Assembly (NCBI GenBank): GCA_051294375.1
Contig: JBJCIZ010000141.1
Location: 1-5,849 of the forward strand
Direction of reading: 5' to 3'
Source: Paraspadella gotoi
Taxonomy: Eukaryota; Animalia; Chaetognatha
DNA: 5,849 nt
Shown one piece after another: positions 1-5,849 of this stretch. The position numbers and the translations under genes are program-made. Each line of letters opens with the position of its first letter. Position 1 is the first letter of the stretch. The notes below the pieces were generated by a model that was not told the origin of the DNA, made no database searches, and worked only from the letters and a program-made list of their open reading frames with translations.

Positions 1-16
1 CCTTTCCAAAAAAATA

Positions 17-193
17 CCCCCCTTCTTTATTCCCCTGCCTACCTTACCCGCCCCGCCTGCGCTCTTTAGCCCCCCGCCTCCTTTACCCCTGCCTCCTGTT
101 ACCGCCCTGCCTCCTTTACCCCCCTTGCTCCTTTACCCCCCTGGTCCTCCTTTTACCCCTTGCCTCTTTACCCCCCTGCCTCCTCTTACTCCT
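17..193. repeat. Degenerate C-rich minisatellite, about 10 copies of a ~15-18 nt unit, consensus CCTTTACCCC(C)TGCCT
   Basis: Consecutive units read directly, e.g. cctttacccctgcct, cctgttaccgccctgcct, cctttaccccctggtcct, ccttttaccccttgcct, ctttacccccctgcct. Confidence 0.85.
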
Positions 194-253
194 GTGAAGA
201 AAAATCCCCAATCTTGTCTCGACTTTTCTCTCGGTTCCCCGACTTCCTCGCAG

Positions 254-315
254 TCCATAGGCTGCAATAACTACGCCTGCTGCCGACAGCAGCCGCCACA
301 GCGGTCGCGTCCGTC
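254..315 (+). other. Candidate short spliceosomal exon (62 nt), host gene unknown
   Basis: Pyrimidine-rich tract ending ttcctcgCAG (AG at 252-253), a GC-rich body, then a consensus donor GTAAGT at 316-321. Only one frame is open (SIGCNNYACCRQQPPQRSRP); the other two hit TAG or TAA. No recognised homology, and the exonic side of the donor (GTC) is weak. Confidence 0.35.
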
Positions 316-711
316 GTAAGTCGGGCGCCTGCTGCAGGAATCTGGTTGCATCGATTTATTAATATTTAATTATATTTTTTTAAATTGTTATTTCGTTCGT
401 GAGGAAGATTGAACGATGAAACTTCAGAGTCAACGGAACTAATACTCTGACTTTCTTTCTAATCTGTCAGTCTTTCTTCCTTCAATCCAGCTGTCCTGAG
501 TGTTCTCCCTGTCTTAGTCCGTTGTATCTGTATTCTCGGTCATGTCATTCTGATTATTCGTCAGACGCGGGTCGCCTGTATCATTTCTCACTGTCCGTCC
601 AGTCTATTCCTATCAATCTGTCCTGTGAGGCTCTCTCTGTCTCTCTACCATGTCTCTTATGTTTTTCTGAGTTCTTCTCTGTTCTTTCTTATTGCGCGTA
701 TTTCCATCTAC

Positions 712-762
712 TCTCTTCTTTTCTCTCTCTCTTCTCTCTCTCTCTTCTCTCTCTCTCCTCAT

Positions 763-795
<33 letters not shown>

Positions 796-806
796 TTCCT
801 CCCCCC
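712..806. repeat. Interrupted (CT)n microsatellite / polypyrimidine tract
   Basis: Almost pure C/T run dominated by TC dinucleotides. Confidence 0.95.
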
Positions 807-825
807 TGTTCACCCTCGCCCCCAA

Positions 826-950
826 ACTCTCCGTGAGCGAGCTCTCGGCGATCGGAGCGCGGCGGACAGGGCGCGCGCGACGGCCGGCGGTCCGACGCGG
901 CGCGACGAGGCGAACTCGGCGCTCGTCGCGTTCAGATGGCGCCGGTCAGG
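826..950. promoter_or_regulatory. Short CpG-rich island, possible cis-regulatory element
   Basis: About 29 CpG counted by hand in 831-950, in an otherwise AT-rich or low-complexity window. Contains GCGCGCGCG (871-879) and CAGATGGCGC (933-942). The regulatory role is inference. Confidence 0.4.
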
Positions 951-1143
951 GGAGACAATGAGGCGAGGGAAGGAAAAGAGGAACCTGAGGAGGAAGAGAG
1001 GGAGGAGAGGGGAAAAGAGGTTAAGCAATGGGAGGAAGAAGGAGGGAGGAGGAAGGAAAGAACGGTGGAAGAAGAAGAGGGAGAAAAGGGGATTAAGAGA
1101 GGAGGGAGAAATGGGAAGGAGGTGAGAAAAGAGGGAGAGGGGA
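951..1143. repeat. Purine-rich (G/A) low-complexity tract
   Basis: GGA/GAG/GAA-dominated sequence with very few pyrimidines. Confidence 0.9.
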
Positions 1144-1529
1144 ATTATGTAATTGCGATATTAGATAAAAAAAAAACTTGTTTTTACCTCATATTTTTTA
1201 AAGTTTTTATATAGATTAGTTCTATAATTTATTTATATATTAATCACCCTCGCTTAGTTGTTTTAAATGTGAGTTTTAATTCTTTTATAATTGAATTTTC
1301 AAATATTAAAAACTTATGATTAATTATTGAAGACTAGGATTGTATTATTGATCAAAAAATAATGATATCATAATTGTTCAGATTATTACTTTCTATTACT
1401 TAATACGGGATAACAGTATATGATGAAAAAATAACAAAAAAACTATTTATTTACTTGGGGAATAATTAATTGGTTTTGTAGACCTGTATTGTCACTTAAA
1501 ACCATTGGTTATCCTTCCTATTGGCAGCG

Positions 1530-1622
1530 GAGAAAAGAAAAAAAAAGAATAAGGAAGAAAAGGAAAAAGAAAAAGAAAAAGAAAAAGAAAAAAAAGAATA
1601 AAGAATAAAGATAAAGAAAAAG
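1530..1622. repeat. A-rich simple repeat: (GAAAAA)n grading into GAATAAA-like units
   Basis: gaaaaa repeated from 1563, followed by gaataaagaataaagataaag. Confidence 0.9.
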
Positions 1623-1781
1623 ACGATTTATTCAGTCCAGCTCTCTCCCCAAGTTTCGATTTCAGCGAACTACATCCAGATTCACAGTCTCACATTCTTC
1701 TCTCATTTTTAATTTTTAAATTTTTTGTTTTTTTTTTGTTTTCAAGCAATAAACCGGGTTTGTTTTTTTATTTCGGGGACT

Positions 1782-1863
1782 GGAGAGAGAAGAGCGGGAT
1801 AGGAGAGAGGAGAGAGATGAGAGAGAGAGAGAGAGAGAGAGTGAGCCGTGATGAGAGAGAGAG
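1782..1863. repeat. Interrupted (GA)n microsatellite
   Basis: GA runs, longest about 1819-1841, with short interruptions. Confidence 0.93.
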
Positions 1864-2904
1864 TAGAACCAGTAAAATCCTCAACGACGAATCTTAAATT
1901 TATTGCAGTGTGAATCCGTATACACGCGAGGTTTCGAGCGGACGGGAATGGGCCAAGGGATTCAAAAGGGTGGAAGGTTCTCAGGTGGAAAGGAGTGATA
2001 AATATGATTTTAACTCGGAGAAAGTTGCCTAGACGGAAGAAATTCAACAACCGTTACAGGTTAGGAAAAGAAGAGATGACGGCAAAGAGCACATAAAATA
2101 ACAGTGTGGATTGGTGAGGTAAATAAAAATCGTAATGTCGGTCGAGATGGGGAGAACTTGGAATAAAAGAAAGATGAAAGATAGGGAAAGAAAAAAGAGT
2201 CTGAAAATTATCGGAATCGAACATTAGACGGTTTTTCTTGATTCACGATCCTTGATGAAGTTCACAATGTGATCTTAGACTGCAGTCGCTTATTCAGCTT
2301 TTTCTCAGCTCCGCACAATCAAAATGTATTGTAGGGCAAACGGGGGACATATGTGTTGATGCTGGGGTCTCCGAACATCTTTTGTACATTTCTTATCTAC
2401 ATAAATAAATATTAAAAAATTAAATTACTAGTGCGTTCTAGCCATTTTAAAAAAATTGTTGGTCCATGAAAGTTTTCTCAGAAATGTATATGAAGTTTCA
2501 TTTGGGAAGGTTCGCAAGATCAATACTGTCTGAACTACTCCCCATTGAAAAGTCAAATAAGAGTGGCTTATATTGTTTTTATAAAAGCTATTTCAATTGA
2601 ATAAAAAGACGCCCTTTTTTAAGTATCAGAACTGTTAATATCCGAAGTCTAGTTGATTCCATTTTATTATTCACGCTGCTATGTATTCCACTCCTTTGGG
2701 TACTAAGGTACAACGCTTTTCTCATCCACCCTGAACATTAATTCACCAAACCCTTACCTTTCTTTCTTTGCTCCTACTTCCCTTTCGCCTTTGTGACTTG
2801 CAACCCTCAACCTTTCTCTTTTCTCGAGTCCTGTCTCTTTACAACGCGATAGACTTACTCCTTCACGAATAAAAACCTCAGCGCCTTTTTGCTTCTTCTC
2901 TCGC

Positions 2905-2965
2905 ACTCTCTCCTGCCTCCTGCCTGGCTTACTCCCCCTCCTCCTGCCTCCCTCCTGCCTCTCTT
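2905..2965. repeat. Short degenerate (CTCCTGC)-type repeat
   Basis: ctcctgcctcctgcct ... ctcctgcctccctcctgcctc; four CCTGCCT copies. Confidence 0.6.
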
Positions 2966-3170
2966 TGACAGCGCATTCCGTATGTTACATTCTTTTTCTC
3001 CTTCTCAGTTATGAGGAACTCAACTTATTCATTTACATTGAAATTATTACGGCAATGAACTTTTCCTTACTCTGGAAGTTAAGAAGATAAAACCATAATT
3101 AACTTCTTATCGGCCCGAACAAATATTTTTTTTCTAAATTTTGTGTTTGTAGAAAGTATTTCTTCCTATG

Positions 3171-3202
3171 TCCTGTCTCTCTCTTCTCTCTTTCTCTCTC
3201 CT

Positions 3203-3234
<32 letters not shown>

Positions 3235-3290
3235 TCTGCTCTCTTTCTCTCTTCTTTTCTCTCTCTTCTCTCTCTCTTCTCTCTCTCTCT

Positions 3291-3364
<74 letters not shown>
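3171..3364. repeat. Long (TC)n microsatellite with a perfect (TC)34 run at 3295-3362
   Basis: About 190 nt of nearly pure pyrimidine, read directly. Confidence 0.97.
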
Positions 3365-3365
<1 letters not shown>

Positions 3366-3524
3366 ACCCTTTTCGCCCGGCAGCCTTTCCCCCATTTTCC
3401 CTATAATTAGATAATTGTGTTGGGTTCTTGTTGTTATCGATGTTTTAATTTTGTTCGGGAAAAGACCGCGAAGGCATAGCCATTTGCGTCGTTGTCGTAA
3501 ACTGTGATTTGGTTTTTTTTCGGG

Positions 3525-3530
3525 TCTCTC

Positions 3531-3569
<39 letters not shown>

Positions 3570-3588
3570 CATTCTCCTTCTCTCTCTC
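3525..3588. repeat. (TC)n microsatellite
   Basis: Read directly; few interruptions. Confidence 0.95.
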
Positions 3589-3638
3589 GTTCACGCGCGC
3601 GGGGACGGAATGGCGTCTTAATGGCAGCCCGTATTCCG
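3589..3638. promoter_or_regulatory. 50-nt GC-rich core between opposed (CT)n and (GA)n tracts, possible regulatory or structural element
   Basis: CACGCGCGCG, two ATGGC motifs (3610, 3621), inverted CGGAAT/ATTCCG (3606-3611 / 3633-3638). Function is inferred. Confidence 0.3.
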
Positions 3639-3738
3639 AGAAAGAAGAGAAAGAGAGAAAGAGAGAGACTGAGAGAGCAGAGAGAGAGAAGAGACTGAGT
3701 GAGAGATGAACATGAGAGAGAGAGAGAGAGAGAGAGAG
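3638..3738. repeat. Interrupted (GA)n microsatellite
   Basis: Read directly. Confidence 0.95.
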
Positions 3739-4551
3739 TTATGCTTACCCTCGGCCTTTATTCTTCTTCTAGTGCGGCATTTTATGCCGTCGTGCCTAGT
3801 TGATGGAATTTTTTAAAAAAGGAAAAAACTTAAGGACAAAAATCTGAAGTTCAGTTTCTGGCGCTGTCACATTAGATATTTCTACTATTTTATTATTGTT
3901 TTCTTAATTTTGTTTATTTATCTTTTAATATTTTTTATTAAATATTTAACATTAAGCTATATTAAAGTTGTTTAATAGTAAAAAAGAACGAAAAAATAAG
4001 TGACGAAGACGTAAGACCACATAAAATAAACATTAACGTAAACATTTAATACAAACTGACAAAAGCAACGAGATCGACACGGCGATCGACGACGACGACA
4101 CGCACCATTTCACCGCAAAGAATGATCTTTCTTCCCAAGATCAAATGAAATTAGTTTCCTGACGGGAATGATCGAAAGATGAATTCAAAGGCTTCATATT
4201 CATATGGATCCACCGATTTCAGATACTTCTTTGTTTAAAGAAAGGGAAAATCGATATCTTGTTCTGAGATCTCCAACTCGGTTCACGTCATCGTGATTCG
4301 GTTGCACCAAAAGAGATGAGAACTTTTTCCTGACTGTCGGCGATTGTGGACACTGACGGGAAACAGTGTGAACCAAGACTGGGACCAAACCAAGGGCAGT
4401 CAGACGGGATAGTGCTAGAACTAAGAAGAAACAGAGGGACGCAGTCTCTTTCTATTAATCATCCAATAACCTTTACCTGTAAATGTCAAGGACGACGATT
4501 CACTCAGATTAAAGATATGAAAGCAAAAAGATGAGAAATAATTACAGAATT

Positions 4552-5030
4552 AAAGGAAAATAAGTGGGAAGGGAGGAATGAGGGATAAAAAAAGAAAAAA
4601 AAAAATAAGGGAGGAGGGAGAGGAAGGCGAGGAATGGAGAATGGGAGGAATGATGGAAAAAGAAAAAAAGGAAAATAGGGAGAGGTAGAGGAAGGAGGAA
4701 GGGAGGAATGAGGAAAAAAAGGAAAAGGAAATAACGATGGAAGGGGAAGAGGGAAGAAGGGAGAAGGGGATGAAGAAATAAAGGAAATAGGAAAATTAAG
4801 TGAGAAGGGTAAGGAAGTGAGGAATAGAAATGAGGAAAAAAGGATATAGAAAAATAAGGGAGGAGGAGAGGAAGGGAGGAATGAGGAAAAAAGGATAAAG
4901 GATGAATAATAAAAATGGGAAGAATACAAACAAGGATGAGAGAAAATACAAAGAAAAAGGAAGGATAACATTCAGGGATGGCAGGTCGTGAGAAAATAAA
5001 CGATAAAGGAAAAGAACAAAGGAAGAAAGG
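4552..5030. repeat. Purine-rich tract containing a degenerate minisatellite (unit like AAATAAGGGAGGAGGAGAGGAAGGGAGGAATGAGGAAAAAAGG)
   Basis: GAAGGGAGGAATGAGG recurs at about 4568, 4698 and 4871. AAAATAAGGGAGGAGG recurs at about 4602 and 4851. Confidence 0.8.
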
Positions 5031-5179
5031 ATATTTTTTTTCTTTGGTACTAGAACGGCGTGAACGGGTAAATAAAACTTCGGCGTCAACTTTATTTATC
5101 AGCCCCATTACCGTCGACTCGAAAAGTCAATAACTCGATTCCCAGAACTTTTCTCTTTGCTTTGAGACCCATAGTTACA

Positions 5180-5250
5180 CTTTTCTTCTTTTTTTTCTTC
5201 TTCTTCTTCCTGCTCCTCCTCTTCCTCTTCCTCCTCCTTCTCTTTACCTT
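5180..5250. repeat. Polypyrimidine (CTT)n/(CCT)n tract
   Basis: ttcttcttcttcttcc...ctcctcctcttcctcttcctcctccttc. Confidence 0.88.
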
Positions 5251-5297
5251 CAATCGAGACTCTTTCTGTTATCGAGTTTCGCATCTCATTGATTGAA

Positions 5298-5640
5298 AAG
5301 GGAGAAGAAGAAAAGTGGGAAAAGTGGGAAGGAGAGGAAGAAGAAAAGAAAATGAGGAAGGAGAAGAAAGGAAAATGAGGAACAGAGGAAAATGAGGAAG
5401 GAGAAGAGAGGAAAATGAGGAGGAAAAAAGGAAAATTGGGCGGGAGAAGAGAGGAAAATGAAGAGGGAGAAGAAAGAAAATTTGTAAGGGAGGAGAGAGG
5501 GAGGGGGAGAAAGAAAAAACAATTGGAGAGATAAGAAAGAGGGAAGGTTGTAAAGAGAGACACAAGAAACAAGAATACGAAAGGGAAAGAGGGAGAAAAG
5601 TAAAGAGCAAGGAAGAGGAAGACAAAATGAAAAAGGAAAT
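5298..5640. repeat. Purine-rich tract with a ~23-nt minisatellite (GAAAATGAGGAAGGAGAAGAGAG) at 5348-5481
   Basis: GAAAAT unit starts at 5348, 5371, 5388, 5411, 5431, 5454 and 5476 (spacing 17-23 nt). Confidence 0.85.
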
Positions 5641-5647
5641 TAGAAAA

Positions 5648-5849
5648 TTATTTTTTAATTAAAGACAAGATGAGGTACATCAGGTGTGTGGATAAGGCGC
5701 TATGTGGGTTGAAGATGACTATCTGTAACTTCTATAACCCCCACAAGCAGCCACGAGCTAGGAACCATCCGGCCGTCCTCATGATTCCCGCAGGGGAGGT
5801 GCCGTGTTAGGATTGAACCCGGTACCTAGTGGTCATGAGCTTATGGCTT
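5648..5849 (-). mobile_element. Probable tRNA-derived SINE (degenerate), 5' end outside the window
   Basis: The minus strand reads CTCATGA-CCACT-AGGTA-CCGGG-TTCAATC-C, the spacing of tRNA positions 32-61, with a Pol III B-box GGTTCAATCC (5819-5810). About 150 nt of complex non-tRNA body follows, then an A-rich end (AATTAAAAAATAA, 5660-5648). The stems do not pair, so this is not a functional tRNA. A-box and TSD are not visible. Confidence 0.55.

Noticed and set aside
17-193. Telomere-like or CRISPR-like interpretation of the repeat
   Set aside because: The unit is not TTAGG, TTAGGG or TTTAGGG, and there are no unique spacers between conserved repeats. The context is eukaryotic with no cas genes.
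393-450. Short inverted repeats TCGTTC/GAACGA and TCAGAGT/ACTCTGA
   Set aside because: 6-7 bp stems with long loops and no further support.
522-1214. Six overlapping ORFs of 70-166 aa on both strands
   Set aside because: They are open because CT, GA and GC-rich tracts lack stop codons. Products are SL-, ER- or R/G/E/K-repeats with no recognisable domain, and several use non-ATG starts.
1909-2059. Possible second + strand exon (tttattgcAG at 1907-1908; CAG|GTTAGG at 2059/2060), phase-compatible with 254-315 and reading VNPYTREVSSG...EKVA* to TAG at 2030-2032
   Set aside because: Weak pyrimidine tract, no recognisable peptide and an in-frame stop before the donor. It cannot be supported without RNA-seq.
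3099-3709. ORFs encoding poly-ER / poly-SL
   Set aside because: Direct translations of the (TC)n/(GA)n microsatellites.
3743-3751. Minus-strand donor-like AGG|GTAAGC
   Set aside because: No convincing upstream acceptor or coding frame, and isolated donor-like hexamers are common.
3774-3790. Small hairpin CGGCAT-TTT-ATGCCG
   Set aside because: A 6-bp stem is expected by chance in a window this size; it is not a histone stem-loop or terminator.
4150-4185. Hammerhead-like CTGA...GAAA spacing
   Set aside because: The core reads CTGACGG rather than CTGANGA, and stems I-III cannot be built.
4200-4534. Two 62-aa ORFs in complex sequence
   Set aside because: Short, no recognisable homology, no supporting splice signals; length is within chance expectation.
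4504-5625. Minus-strand ORFs up to 188 aa rich in F/L/S/P that look membrane-like
   Set aside because: Artefact of the polypyrimidine strand; several frames are open at once, which is typical of low-complexity DNA.
5800-5849. Functional tRNA-Met gene
   Set aside because: The anticodon stem (ATAAG/CCACT) and T stem (CCGGG/CTAAC) largely fail to pair; better explained as a SINE or tRNA relic.

Overview
Non-coding, microsatellite-dense eukaryotic genomic DNA, probably intronic or intergenic. The mix of long (CT)n/(GA)n tracts, purine-rich minisatellites, AT-rich spacers and short CpG-rich islands resembles microsatellite-rich invertebrate genomes such as decapod crustaceans; this taxon call is inference only. 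I recognise no protein-coding gene, and nearly all supplied ORFs are translation artefacts of simple repeats (poly-SL, poly-ER, F/L/S/P-rich). Supportable elements are several micro- and minisatellites, a candidate 62-nt + strand exon (254-315), two CpG-rich islands, and a probable tRNA-derived SINE cut off by the right edge of the window (- strand). Two observations stand out. First, a compact multi-branched RNA fold at 238-325 would mask both splice sites of the candidate exon. Second, a 'pyrimidine arm / self-folding core / purine arm' fold-back layout occurs three times. All pairings were found by eye, with no folding energies or significance tests, so they are hypotheses and not a demonstrated new system.
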